A stretch of 64,000 bases of DNA from Candidatus Latescibacterota bacterium (GTDB lineage: Bacteria > Latescibacterota > UBA2968 > SICM01): NCBI GenBank assembly GCA_965217865.1, contig CBDCJO010000002.1, forward strand, positions 3,392,001 through 3,456,000. Reading direction: 5' to 3'. The position numbers and the translations under genes are program-made. Under the pieces are notes generated by a model. The model was not told where the DNA came from and searched no databases. It saw only the letters and a list, made by a program, of their open reading frames with translations. Below, one piece after another: positions 40,901 through 49,750 of the stretch (positions are counted from its first letter, which is position 1; every line of letters starts with the position of its first letter).

Positions 40901-41292
40901 ACACAGATTCGAGGGAGGTCCGCAGCCGGGCACACTGGCGGACAGGAGATCTCCAGACCATCCTGACCCTATCCGCGGGACAGGGACGAGACCGAATCAG
41001 CCGAACGGTCACGCGGTTCCATTCTGTTGGTCCGGAGCTCATCCGATCTTTTAGAGGGTTGGGACGCATCCGAGCGGGGGCGGGTTGGACTCGAACCACC
41101 GCGTCCGAAGGAATCCCCTTGATCGTCGCGCTTTCTCAGGGGCGGCGCCCGGGAGATACCGTCAATTGGGAAGCCAGAGCGGATTTCCGAGTGGGTCGGA
41201 TTGTGACGGCTTCCTGTTCATACTCCGGGCGCCGGGTTCCGGGGTTACCCACCATCCATCTCGGTCAATCGGAGGTCCAGGCCTCGTTCTGA
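37951..41292 (+). CDS. Large exported, probably outer-membrane, protein of unknown function
   Basis: Signal-like N-terminus; two DY.IDY..G..TF-type motifs; amphipathic beta strands; DLDNDGSEDEEE acidic loop; C-terminal Phe. Confidence 0.75.
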   Translation: MLLKGEKRNCSLKSEDYRTANRRTRFFLIFTFHFAIFILSSVLFPLNLDARKTYTMFDAEVEVMADGSRGPYRLGGHRIVSRSERIRVDGRIADREVDYRIDYERGEVTFEQGVTRGKMVHATYRYIPIFLKPVYRHRKPAAGDRSKAYSTPAYADPKPKVFSHLPGRPPDESDLTVGGSKMFRLSVGSDQDATLNQSLRLNLSGRIGEDVQITGILSDRNLPIQPEGNTRTLADLDQILLRIQAPNLSAGLGDMDVSLTETEFVRYERRIKGVTGDVSLPSGRLMVFGASSPGTFLTREISGADGVQGPYLVNPGDRILAGSERVFLDGERLVRGFSQDFVMDYDAGTITFTPRRPISTDSRIVIEAQRADGSYGRRIVGGRGRVALLDGRLSVGATAVQEKDLLDPGPTTPYSLSKPPAGPLEPDSTAVSPSRHRVIGLDISTEPVRNLSLRSEIAVSELDQDLLSDGDRFGQGVAFLSDLALQPTRVGLRGHCLGSVGFSMKLRSVSDRFRSSGRTRGVEEHRKWGVGPGASGERSGEVGGIYRLTEKSGIRVSYGRGRWGGERGVRHGFSLFSAQPKLPDAAYDFESVRQASSGGEPGRLVRHTATFGKALHGIRPAIRFASEQAEGIAARNLAVGSAAYRAPLGDPLPSFQSLSSGVIPAGWRYREVRGILSSEPKPGGQRILSWSSEWRHRATERRRNGAWADSGSVSSERLRLTLSRWNALSLVGDYIHRSRQTFGAAPTRSTDHLTEGRLVYAPLDGAISKEIFYRLSSTRLENRKRNFVLVGRGHGAYTWVDLDNDGSEDEEEFVPDPDGDYSLYVERTGIGDPVRDATFSARLSVDFDGWNRGSGEEKSRIAPKLIGAFSTETSLDADRRVLPGGVEGVAPWRLRSFSRGPDVLFGRRSIRQDAYLFRYGRRFSLRFRYRIDDSVNREFSSGDFRSSSERSLRIRTRIRPDIDVEMEVFKRGRNNQGGPNRTYDTDSREVRSRAHWRTGDLQTILTLSAGQGRDRISRTVTRFHSVGPELIRSFRGLGRIRAGAGWTRTTASEGIPLIVALSQGRRPGDTVNWEARADFRVGRIVTASCSYSGRRVPGLPTIHLGQSEVQASF

Positions 41293-41329
41293 AAAAAACA
41301 ACCCTTCCGAGTGCCCGAAACAAGGTCTG

Positions 41330-41358
41330 TTGACAAAACCCGGCATGAATCTTATATT
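41330..41358 (+). promoter_or_regulatory. Sigma70-type promoter of hup
   Basis: TTGACA-17 bp-TATATT. Confidence 0.78.
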
Positions 41359-41394
41359 TGGTCGATCTTCTGCGGAGGGAGGTGATTCACGAAT

Positions 41395-41670
41395 ATGGCA
41401 AACAAGGCAGATCTGATCGAGTCGGTGGTCCAGGATACGTCGCTTTCCAGAAAGGATGTCGAACAGGTCCTAGACAGCGCGATAGACAAGATTGTCAAGA
41501 CGCTCAGGGGCGGGGACAAGCTTACGATTTCGGGATTCGGGACTTTTTCTGTCAGTTCTCGTGCCGCCCGAACCGGACGAAATCCGCAAACCGGCGAACC
41601 GATCCAGATAGCGGCGAGTAAAAGCCCCCATTTTAAAGCCGGCAAGGGTTTCAAGACCGGCATCCAATAG
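41395..41670 (+). CDS. hup: DNA-binding protein HU
   Basis: NKADLIE, GFGTF, RAARTGRNPQTGEPIQI, P.FKAGK. Confidence 0.97.
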   Translation: MANKADLIESVVQDTSLSRKDVEQVLDSAIDKIVKTLRGGDKLTISGFGTFSVSSRAARTGRNPQTGEPIQIAASKSPHFKAGKGFKTGIQ

Positions 41671-41777
41671 TATAAGGTCGGATCAGGATCCCCGGGGGGG
41701 ACTCCCGGGGCCGAACCGGATCCACCCTATTATTCCACTGATCCACACATTCCCGAACTGAAACGCATATCCATTCG

Positions 41778-41869
41778 GCCACGGAATCACACGGGGTTTA
41801 ACGGATTTCGGATGGAAATTCGATCTCCAGAATCCGAAATTGGGAAACCCAATCGTGTGTTTTCGTGGC
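41778..41869. repeat. ~90 bp imperfect palindrome upstream of glnA
   Basis: gccacggaatcacacg ... atttcggat / atccgaaat ... cgtgtgttttcgtggc. Confidence 0.7.
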
Positions 41870-41893
41870 TTTTAAATCTACCCAGGTAAGGCC

Positions 41894-43228
41894 GTGGACG
41901 AAGGCAGCCGAGAATACGTGTTGAACGCAGCAAAAGAGGGTCACGTCAAATTCATCCGGCTCTGGTTCACCGACATTCTCGGGTTGTTAAAGAGCGTCGC
42001 CATCACGGTGGAACAGCTCGAAGATGCCCTTGAAGAGGGGGTCGGTTTCGACGGATCCTCGGTGGAGGGATTTGCCCGGATCGATGAGAGCGATATGATC
42101 GCGATGCCCGATCCGAACACGTTCCAGCTCCTTCCGTGGCGGCCCCACGAGCGGGAGACCGTCGCGCGGATGTTCTGCGACATCCTTCAGCCGAACGGCA
42201 AGGCTTACGAAGGGGATCCCCGTTGGGTTCTCAAGAAGAATCTAAAGAGGGCCTCCGACCTGGGGTTTTCCTTTTATGTGAGTCCGGAGTTGGAATTTTT
42301 CTACTTCAAGGGGCCCTCACTTCCGCTCGAACCCCTGGATCAAGGGGGATATTTCGACCAGACTCCCCTCGACGTGGCAAGCGACCTTCGACGGGACACG
42401 GTGTTGTCACTGGAAAAATTGGGCATCGAGGTGGAGCACAGCCACCACGAAGGGGCCCCGAGCCAGCACGAGATCGATCTGACCTACACCGATGCTCTGA
42501 CCATGGCCGACAACGCGATGACCTATCGGATCGTGGTCAAGGAGGTTGCTCTCAAGCACGGAACCTACGCGACGTTCATGCCAAAGCCGATCTGGGGCAT
42601 CAACGGAAATGGAATGCACACCCACCAATCGCTCTTCCGCGGTGACCGAAACGCGTTTTTCGATCCCGAGGATCGATATCACCTGTCAAAGATCGCGCGG
42701 GGCTATATCGCTGGACTTCTCCGCCACGCCCCGGAAATCACCCTGATCACCAACCAGTGGGTAAATTCATACAAACGCCTGGTTCCGGGCTACGAGGCCC
42801 CCGTATACACCTCGTGGGCTGTTGTCAATCGGGCAGACCTCGTACGTGTCCCGGCCTACAAGCCGGGGAAGGAGAACACCACAAGAATCGAATACCGATC
42901 TCCGGATCCGGCGTGCAACCCGTATCTGGCCTTCGCGGTGATGCTGGCCGCGGGCCTGGATGGGATCGAGAAAGACTACGAGATCGGGCCTCCTTCGAAC
43001 CGTAACGTTTCCGAGATGACGGAGGAGGAACGCGCCGGCCTGGGGATTACGACCCTGCCGGAAGACCTTTTAGAGGCGATCAGACTTGCTGAGGGAAGCG
43101 ACCTGGTGAGGGAGGCGCTAGGGGATCACGTCTTCACGAAGTATATCGAGAACAAAAAGATCGAGTGGGAGAACTACCGGGCGCAGGTCACCTCATACGA
43201 GCTCGAAAAATACCTGTCGATTCTGTGA
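41894..43228 (+). CDS. glnA: Glutamine synthetase type I
   Basis: FDGSSVEGF, HHEGAPSQHEI, TFMPKP, NGMHTHQSL, NSYKRLVPGYEAP, RIEYRSPDP.CNPYLA. Confidence 0.97.
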   Translation: MDEGSREYVLNAAKEGHVKFIRLWFTDILGLLKSVAITVEQLEDALEEGVGFDGSSVEGFARIDESDMIAMPDPNTFQLLPWRPHERETVARMFCDILQPNGKAYEGDPRWVLKKNLKRASDLGFSFYVSPELEFFYFKGPSLPLEPLDQGGYFDQTPLDVASDLRRDTVLSLEKLGIEVEHSHHEGAPSQHEIDLTYTDALTMADNAMTYRIVVKEVALKHGTYATFMPKPIWGINGNGMHTHQSLFRGDRNAFFDPEDRYHLSKIARGYIAGLLRHAPEITLITNQWVNSYKRLVPGYEAPVYTSWAVVNRADLVRVPAYKPGKENTTRIEYRSPDPACNPYLAFAVMLAAGLDGIEKDYEIGPPSNRNVSEMTEEERAGLGITTLPEDLLEAIRLAEGSDLVREALGDHVFTKYIENKKIEWENYRAQVTSYELEKYLSIL

Positions 43229-43246
43229 TGATCGGAAAGGGCGGGA

Positions 43247-44041
43247 TTAGAATGACTCGACGATTCCAACGGTGCAACCGGCCATGAGGAGGAGAAGGCC
43301 CAGGGCCATCAGAGGAAGGCGTCTGTCGTAACGCTCGTGGGTCCAGTTGGAGATTCGAAGGGGCAGGCAGGCGAGGGTGGTGAAGAGGATCCCGATCAGG
43401 TCGATCGAAAGGGAGACGACAAAGAGCCCCACCGCGAACGGAACGCCCATGAGCAGGACGATTGCTGGGACGGAGAGGAGCAAGCCGCGGTTGAAGATCC
43501 AAAAAGCGACCCCGAACAAATGGTCGATGCTTGTGGGGTAGGTTGAACGGCGGCGGTTAAAAAACCAGATGATCCCGGCCAGCGCCATCAGAGGAAGGTA
43601 TACGGCACCGACAAACGCCCAGAGATATACAAGCCCCTTCAGATAGATTCGAACGGGCCAGAGATTCGCATACAGGCTGGACGAATACGCAGGGACGAAA
43701 GTCAGGGCCGCCACCCCTACGATGAGGAAGATCTTTCGCCGCTTCCAGTAGATGTCCTGCATCGTCTCCACCACGTGAGCGGGGTTCCAGAGCCGAATAA
43801 AGAGATCGCCTCCCAGCCGTCTCAGAATCACCCCGAATCGCTCGGCTCGAGGGAGTCCGACTTGCTCCAGGATGATCAGCAGGATTCCGGCGATGCCCAA
43901 CCCCAGACCCGCACTCCACCCGTGAATCGGTTGAAACGGCACGAGCACCTCCGCAAGATTTGCCTCTCTTCTTCCTCTCTTCTTCCCATCTTTCCCTATC
44001 CCGTTTCTATACGATCGACTTTCCATCCGACGGATGACCAT
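43247..44041 (-). CDS. Hypothetical multi-pass membrane protein (true start probably GTG near 43942-43948)
   Basis: Several hydrophobic segments; no family recognised. Confidence 0.6.
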   Translation of the reverse strand: MVIRRMESRSYRNGIGKDGKKRGRREANLAEVLVPFQPIHGWSAGLGLGIAGILLIILEQVGLPRAERFGVILRRLGGDLFIRLWNPAHVVETMQDIYWKRRKIFLIVGVAALTFVPAYSSSLYANLWPVRIYLKGLVYLWAFVGAVYLPLMALAGIIWFFNRRRSTYPTSIDHLFGVAFWIFNRGLLLSVPAIVLLMGVPFAVGLFVVSLSIDLIGILFTTLACLPLRISNWTHERYDRRLPLMALGLLLLMAGCTVGIVESF

Positions 44042-45440
44042 TCCCCTTCCCCGTGAGGTGCAGGATCGTCGGGAAGACGTCCACGGTTCTAATATGCCCG
44101 GGTTTTACGGGGGCGTTGATGGCGAGTGGGACCAGCATGTGTTCTCGTTCAAGAGACCCGTGGGACGCGCGGTGTTCCGGATGTTCGTAATCGTTGGACC
44201 GGAGGTCGCAGCCCTTCCGGGCACTCAAGACAAGGTCTCCCGTCCGGCTGGCGTCGAAGATCTGGAGGACCTGCAAAAAGACATCGGGATAGGTCGAATC
44301 GAAAGTCAGATCGAGGGATTCATCCCGGGAGAAAGATGGGGGCATGTGAACAAATCCGAACGGATCTCCTCCCTCGATTCTGTAATGGATCCGCCCATCG
44401 GCGTCCTTTCGAATAAAGCCCTCCCCCCGACGGCTCACGACGCAAACCTCCCCATTTTTTCTCTGTCCGACGACGAGGTCGATCTCATCCCGCTCCAGTA
44501 AGGTCGCCACCAGGTCCTGCTTCCCCCCTCGAATGACATCGTAGCAATTTCGACCCCCGACCCATCCCTCCGGCCCGGCCAGGTAGACGTGACCCATTGC
44601 GTTGCCGGAGACCATGAATGCCGCCGTCGCCCGGTTCCTGGCGATGAGGGGATAGTGAAGCGTCTTGTATCCCACCTGATCTAGAAAATCGCCGGGGTCG
44701 AAGTGCGTATGCGTGGCCGAAAGGCCATGATCGCTCGAGAGGATAAGGAGAGTCTCTGAGAGTCGACCTTCGGTTTTCAAAAAATCACACGTCTCTCCGA
44801 TGGCCTGATCCAGCTTCCGATATGCCCCCAAGGTGGTCTCGGAGGAGGGGTCGGTCAGGTGGGCATACTCATCCACACCCGGGAAGACCACATATACGAA
44901 GTCAGGGTGACGGCGGAGGGCCGATCTCAACAGACGATGGGCGGCTTCATCTACGAGATCCCAGCGATCTGTGAAGTGGGCGTAAATCCAGAAGAGGCTC
45001 CTGAGCACCTTGGTGCGATTGCCGAGGAATGTAGCGCCCCGATTGATGGTGCTGAAGATGCTCGTCGGGCGGTCGAAGATTTCGTAGAGGGTCGGAGTGG
45101 CCAGATCCAGGTCTTTATTGATCAGATAACTGCCACCGCCCACGTAGCTCCGGCAACTTCCAACCCCCCACATCCCCCACCTCCGATATCCCTCCCGGTC
45201 GAACCACCGGATTCCCGGAAGGTTGCACGGGCCCGGAAATCGACCTGCAAGGAAGGGGAGATAGGCTGGACCGGTGGTTGATGGAAACGCGGTGGTCGCC
45301 CTTCGATAGCTCCCGGCCTCGACGATGGAGGATGCGATATTCGGCAGGTCTCCCCGCTTGAGGAGACCCTCAAGGACATCAGGCCGAGCGCCGTCCGCAA
45401 GGAAGAGGATACACGAATTGAACCTTTGGGGGGGGGTCAT
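44007..45440 (-). CDS. Alkaline phosphatase superfamily / type I phosphodiesterase-nucleotide pyrophosphatase
   Basis: LADGARPD, FPSTTGP (Thr nucleophile), DEYAH, SSDHG, SHGSL. Confidence 0.9.
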   Translation of the reverse strand: MTPPQRFNSCILFLADGARPDVLEGLLKRGDLPNIASSIVEAGSYRRATTAFPSTTGPAYLPFLAGRFPGPCNLPGIRWFDREGYRRWGMWGVGSCRSYVGGGSYLINKDLDLATPTLYEIFDRPTSIFSTINRGATFLGNRTKVLRSLFWIYAHFTDRWDLVDEAAHRLLRSALRRHPDFVYVVFPGVDEYAHLTDPSSETTLGAYRKLDQAIGETCDFLKTEGRLSETLLILSSDHGLSATHTHFDPGDFLDQVGYKTLHYPLIARNRATAAFMVSGNAMGHVYLAGPEGWVGGRNCYDVIRGGKQDLVATLLERDEIDLVVGQRKNGEVCVVSRRGEGFIRKDADGRIHYRIEGGDPFGFVHMPPSFSRDESLDLTFDSTYPDVFLQVLQIFDASRTGDLVLSARKGCDLRSNDYEHPEHRASHGSLEREHMLVPLAINAPVKPGHIRTVDVFPTILHLTGKGNGHPSDGKSIV

Positions 45441-45526
45441 CAAAACTCCCAAAGCTACCCGTTTATTCCCCGTTATGTCAACTCTTTTCTTTTTTGTCCC
45501 CCTGAAACGATAATTTCAAAATTCAG

Positions 45527-45554
45527 TTGACAATGCCCGAATCCTTGATATATT
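45527..45554 (+). promoter_or_regulatory. Sigma70-type promoter of the Mo-hydroxylase operon
   Basis: TTGACA-16 bp-TATATT. Confidence 0.6.
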
Positions 45555-45683
45555 GGGCGATGTTTACAGTAAGATCCAGTCGTGTTTGCGGCCAAAAAAA
45601 GGGATCTCTTTTTAAGGCCGGTAGGAGGTCATGAGTAAAGGCCCCTTCATGAAGGAAAATCTCCATTAGAAAGGAGAGACACC

Positions 45684-46568
45684 TTGCAAGATTTCGACTT
45701 CGTCTCAGCCAAAACCCTGAAAGAGGCGGTCTCCCTGCTGAACAGAAAGAGGGACCATACCTATCTCCTTGCGGGGGGGACGGATCTGATTGTCCTGCTG
45801 AGGGAGGGAAAGCGTAAGGCCAATCTCGTTGTGGACGTCAAGAATATCCCACAGCTCAATCGCCTGTCCTATAGTGCGAAACAGGGGCTTACGCTCGGTT
45901 CTTCCGTCCCGTGCTGTCAGATCTACGAGGATAAGGCAGTCGCGAAGGCCTATCCGGGCCTGATCGACGCGGTTTCCCTGATCGGCGGTATTCAGATCCA
46001 GGGAAGGGCGTCTGTGGGAGGAAACCTCTGCAACGCGTCGCCTGCTGCAGACACCATTCCGATCCTGATCGCGCTTGGCGCGGTCTGCAACATCGCGGGG
46101 CCGAAGGGAACGCGAAGGGTCCCTGTCGAGGACTTCTGCGTGGCCCCGGGGCGCACGGTGCTTAAGAAGGGTGAACTGCTTGTGTCGATGAATTTCCGGC
46201 CTCCGAAACCCCGTTCAGGCGCTTTCTACCTCAGATTCATCCCCCGAAACGAGATGGACATCGCGGTGGTGGGCGCCGGTGCGTCGGTGGTGCTCGACGC
46301 CCGGAAAAAGAATTTCGAATCCGTCCGAGTGGCCCTGGGTGCAGTTGCCCCCACGCCGCTGTTCGCCCGGGAAGCAGGAGAGGCCCTGAAGGGAAAGCCG
46401 GTTTCCGACGCGTCTATCGATCTGGCGGTTGAAGCAGCGAGGACGGCGGCCAGGCCGATCAGCGACATGAGGGGAACCGCGGCGTATCGACGACACTTGG
46501 TCGGGGTGCTGACGCGACGGGCACTGGAGGGAGCGATTCAACGAGCCAAGGGAGGCAAGAAACGATGA
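45684..46568 (+). CDS. Xanthine dehydrogenase family FAD-binding (medium) subunit
   Basis: LAGGTDL, ASVGGNLCNASPAAD, PISDMRGTAAYR. Confidence 0.95.
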   Translation: MQDFDFVSAKTLKEAVSLLNRKRDHTYLLAGGTDLIVLLREGKRKANLVVDVKNIPQLNRLSYSAKQGLTLGSSVPCCQIYEDKAVAKAYPGLIDAVSLIGGIQIQGRASVGGNLCNASPAADTIPILIALGAVCNIAGPKGTRRVPVEDFCVAPGRTVLKKGELLVSMNFRPPKPRSGAFYLRFIPRNEMDIAVVGAGASVVLDARKKNFESVRVALGAVAPTPLFAREAGEALKGKPVSDASIDLAVEAARTAARPISDMRGTAAYRRHLVGVLTRRALEGAIQRAKGGKKR

Positions 46569-47050
46569 GCAAGGTCCACATTCAGACAAAGATCAACGGA
46601 GACGACGTCGAGTTCCTGTGTAACCCCCGGCAAACCCTTCTGGAAGTGCTGCGGGACCACCTGGAGATGACGGGTACGAAGGAAGGTTGCAGCAACGGCA
46701 ACTGCGGGGCGTGCAGCGTGCAACTGGATGGTCGCCTGGTCGACTCCTGTCTGGTTCTGGCCGTCGAGGTCGACGGGAGGGAGGTCGAGACCATCGAGGG
46801 GATCGCGAGTCCTGAAGGCCTCCATCCCCTTCAGCAGAAATTCCTGGAACACGCCGCGCTCCAGTGCGGGGTTTGCACACCCGGTTTTCTCGTTGCATCC
46901 AAAGCCCTGCTGGAGAAGAACCCGCTTCCGACGGAACACCAGGTTCGATACTGGCTGGCCGGCAACCTCTGCCGTTGCACGGGCTACGACAAAATTATCC
47001 GGGCCGTCCTCGATGCGGCCAAGGTGAAAAAAGGCAAAGCGAAAAAATAA
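46565..47050 (+). CDS. Xanthine dehydrogenase family [2Fe-2S] (small) subunit
   Basis: GTKEGCSNGNCGACSV, QCGVCTPG, GNLCRCTGY. Confidence 0.96.
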   Translation: MSKVHIQTKINGDDVEFLCNPRQTLLEVLRDHLEMTGTKEGCSNGNCGACSVQLDGRLVDSCLVLAVEVDGREVETIEGIASPEGLHPLQQKFLEHAALQCGVCTPGFLVASKALLEKNPLPTEHQVRYWLAGNLCRCTGYDKIIRAVLDAAKVKKGKAKK

Positions 47051-47101
47051 GGCCGCCACGGATGAGGCTTTGAACCTTACTCGAGTTGGAGGAGATACTT
47101 C

Positions 47102-49351
47102 ATGGCAGACGTGAGGGAATTTAAAGTCGTGGGAACCCGGCCCATCCGGCACGACGGGACGGACAAGGTGACCGGAAGGGCCCTCTACGGGGCTGACGTG
47201 AGTATGGCGGGTCTTCTGCACGGCAGGATACTCAGGAGCCCGCACGCCCACGCAATCATCAAATCGATTAACGTGAAGAAAGCTCTGGCCCTTCCCGGGG
47301 TGAAGGCGGTTGTGACCTCAGCGGACCTTCCTAAATTGCCACAGAAGGTTGCGGATGCGGGGGAAGGGATCTATGATCTGAATTGGCTGGGGCAAAATGT
47401 GCTGGCCGGAAAAAAAACCCTCTATAAGGGTCACGCGGTGGCCGGAGTGGCCGCTGTCGACGCCAACACAGCCGAAGAGGCGCTGTCCCTGATCAAGGTG
47501 AACTACGAGGTCCTTCAGCCCGTCCTGACTGTCCAGGAGGCGATGAAGAAGGGCGCGCCTCTCCTCCTGCCGGGTCTCAGGATGGAATCCCTGGGCAAGA
47601 AGACCAACAAGCCGAGCAACATCGCAAAGCACTTCCAGTTCAAGAAGGGTGACATAAAGAAGGGGTTCAAAGAGGCCGATGTGGTTGTGGAGCGGGAGTT
47701 CAACATGGCCACGGTCCATCAAGGCTACATCGAGACCCACAACGCCACGGCCCTCTGGAACCCGGACGGGCAGATCACGATCTGGACCAGCACACAGGGT
47801 TCGTTTGTGATTCGTGACCAGGTGGCGGACCTCCTCCAGGTTCCCGTGTCCAAAATCAAGGTCGTGCCGATGGAGATCGGTGGGGGCTTCGGGGGAAAGA
47901 TCCGGGTCTACCTTCAGCCGGTGGCCGCCCTGTTGTCGAAGAAGACGGGTCATCCGGTCAAGATCGTCATGAACCGGCAAGAGGTCCTGGAGGGGACAGG
48001 TCCCACTCCCGGCTGCAATGTCCGCGTGAAGATGGGCGCCACCAACCAGGGAAGGATCACCGCAGCCGAGGCGTATCTGGCATTCGAGTCCGGGGCCTTT
48101 CCCGGATCGCCGGTCGGGGCAGGGGCGATGTGCGTCTTTGCTGCCTACGATTTGGAAAACGCTCAGGTGGACGGTTACGACGTGGTGGTGAACAAACCCC
48201 AAAGTGCAGCCTATCGGGCACCGGGGGCCACCCAGGCGGCCATGGCCACAGAGACCGTTGTCGACGAGATCACGGAGAAGCTGGGGCTGGATCCAATCGA
48301 GTTCAGGTTGAAGAACGCCGCGAAGGAGGGCACCCGGCGGGTGGATGGCCCAATCTTCCCGAGGATCGGCTGCATCGAGACGCTGGAGGCGACGAAGAAC
48401 CATCCTCACTATTCGGCCCCCCTGAAGGGCAAGAACCGGGGGCGGGGCGTTGCAGTCGGCTTCTGGTTTAACGTGGGTCTGGCATCCAGCGCGACGGCCA
48501 GCGTGAATAACGACGGAACGATCAGCCTCGTCGAAGGGTCGACGGACATCGGCGGGACGCGGACCACGATGGCGATGCATGTGGCCGAGGAGCTGGGCAT
48601 CCGGGCGGAGGATGTGAAGCCGACGGTGGTGGACACCGATTCGATCGGTTTCACGCACGTGACCGGCGGGAGTCGGGTGACATTCGCCACGGGCTGGGCT
48701 TGCTACGAGGCCTCACAGGACATCAAACGGCAGCTCTGCGAGCGGGCGGCGAAGCTCTGGGAGATTTCATCGGATGACGTCGTGTATAAGGACGGCGCCT
48801 GTGTCTCCAGGTCGGCCCCGAGCAAACGGATCGGTTTCCAAGAGCTGGCCGGGAAACTGGATGTGACAGGGGGGCCGGTGGTGGGGCGCGCCACAGTCGA
48901 CCCCCAGGGGGTGGGCGGGGCGTTTTCCACGACCATTGTCGATGTGGAGGTGGACCCGGAGACAGGCAAAACGGAAATCCTGCGTTGTACCGTGGTCCAG
49001 GACGCGGGGAAGGCGATCCACCCGAGCTACGTCGAGGGGCAGATGCAGGGGGGGACGGTTCAGGGGATCGGCTGGGCCCTGAACGAAGAGTACTTCTACA
49101 ACGAAAAGGGGGAGATGGCCAACGCGAGCCTTCTCGACTACCGGATGCCGACCTCCCTCGACCTTCCGATGATCGACACGGTCATCGTCGAGGTGCCGAA
49201 CCCGGGCCATCCCTACGGTGTACGAGGCGTTGGAGAAGTATCGATCGGACCTCCGCCCGCGGCCATCGCCAACGCCATCTATCGGGCGGTTGGCGTTCGG
49301 ATGGACGTTCTCCCGATGACCCCCGGTGCCGTGATGTCGGAGATCCTGTAA
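47102..49351 (+). CDS. Xanthine dehydrogenase family molybdopterin-binding (large) subunit
   Basis: KVTGRALY, RSPHAHA, IGGGFGGK, AYRAPG, GGSR, EGQMQGG, RGVGE. Confidence 0.96.
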   Translation: MADVREFKVVGTRPIRHDGTDKVTGRALYGADVSMAGLLHGRILRSPHAHAIIKSINVKKALALPGVKAVVTSADLPKLPQKVADAGEGIYDLNWLGQNVLAGKKTLYKGHAVAGVAAVDANTAEEALSLIKVNYEVLQPVLTVQEAMKKGAPLLLPGLRMESLGKKTNKPSNIAKHFQFKKGDIKKGFKEADVVVEREFNMATVHQGYIETHNATALWNPDGQITIWTSTQGSFVIRDQVADLLQVPVSKIKVVPMEIGGGFGGKIRVYLQPVAALLSKKTGHPVKIVMNRQEVLEGTGPTPGCNVRVKMGATNQGRITAAEAYLAFESGAFPGSPVGAGAMCVFAAYDLENAQVDGYDVVVNKPQSAAYRAPGATQAAMATETVVDEITEKLGLDPIEFRLKNAAKEGTRRVDGPIFPRIGCIETLEATKNHPHYSAPLKGKNRGRGVAVGFWFNVGLASSATASVNNDGTISLVEGSTDIGGTRTTMAMHVAEELGIRAEDVKPTVVDTDSIGFTHVTGGSRVTFATGWACYEASQDIKRQLCERAAKLWEISSDDVVYKDGACVSRSAPSKRIGFQELAGKLDVTGGPVVGRATVDPQGVGGAFSTTIVDVEVDPETGKTEILRCTVVQDAGKAIHPSYVEGQMQGGTVQGIGWALNEEYFYNEKGEMANASLLDYRMPTSLDLPMIDTVIVEVPNPGHPYGVRGVGEVSIGPPPAAIANAIYRAVGVRMDVLPMTPGAVMSEIL

Positions 49352-49367
49352 AAAGGAACTGATCTTT

Positions 49368-49634
49368 ATGGCGGTGGTCTACATCCCGTCGCTGATGCGG
49401 GATCTCACGGGCGGCGCCGATAAAGTAGAGGTGGCGGGAGAAACCCTTCGGCAGGTGGTGAACAACTTGGAGGCGGCATATCCAGGAGCGAAAGAACGTC
49501 TCTGCGAGGAGGATGGCATTCGGCCTGAGGTTGCCGTGGCTGTAGACGGAGAAGTGACCCGTATGGGGATGCTACAGACCGTGGGGCCAGAAAGCGAAGT
49601 CCATTTCCTGCCCGCTGTGAGCGGAGGATGTTGA
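49368..49634 (+). CDS. MoaD/ThiS family ubiquitin-like protein
   Basis: VYIPSLMRDLTGG, VAVDGE, VHFLPAVSGGC. Confidence 0.9.
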   Translation: MAVVYIPSLMRDLTGGADKVEVAGETLRQVVNNLEAAYPGAKERLCEEDGIRPEVAVAVDGEVTRMGMLQTVGPESEVHFLPAVSGGC

Positions 49635-49635
49635 A

Positions 49636-49727
49636 TAGAAAAGGCGGACAACCGAAGGTTGAAGGATAAGAAAGTCAAAAGGCAAAGGGCAAACACCTGA
49701 GTCCCCCTTTGCCTTTTGACTTTTCAC
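49636..49727. repeat. Inverted heptamer element (AAAGGCA / TGCCTTT)
   Basis: aaagtcaaaaggcaaagggcaaa ... ctttgccttttgacttttc. Confidence 0.8.
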
Positions 49728-49750
49728 GATGGTCCTATGAAGGAGATTGT

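Noticed and set aside
47102-49351. Aerobic CO dehydrogenase (coxL)
   Set aside because: Loop is AYRAPG, not form I AYxCSFR or form II AYxGAGR.
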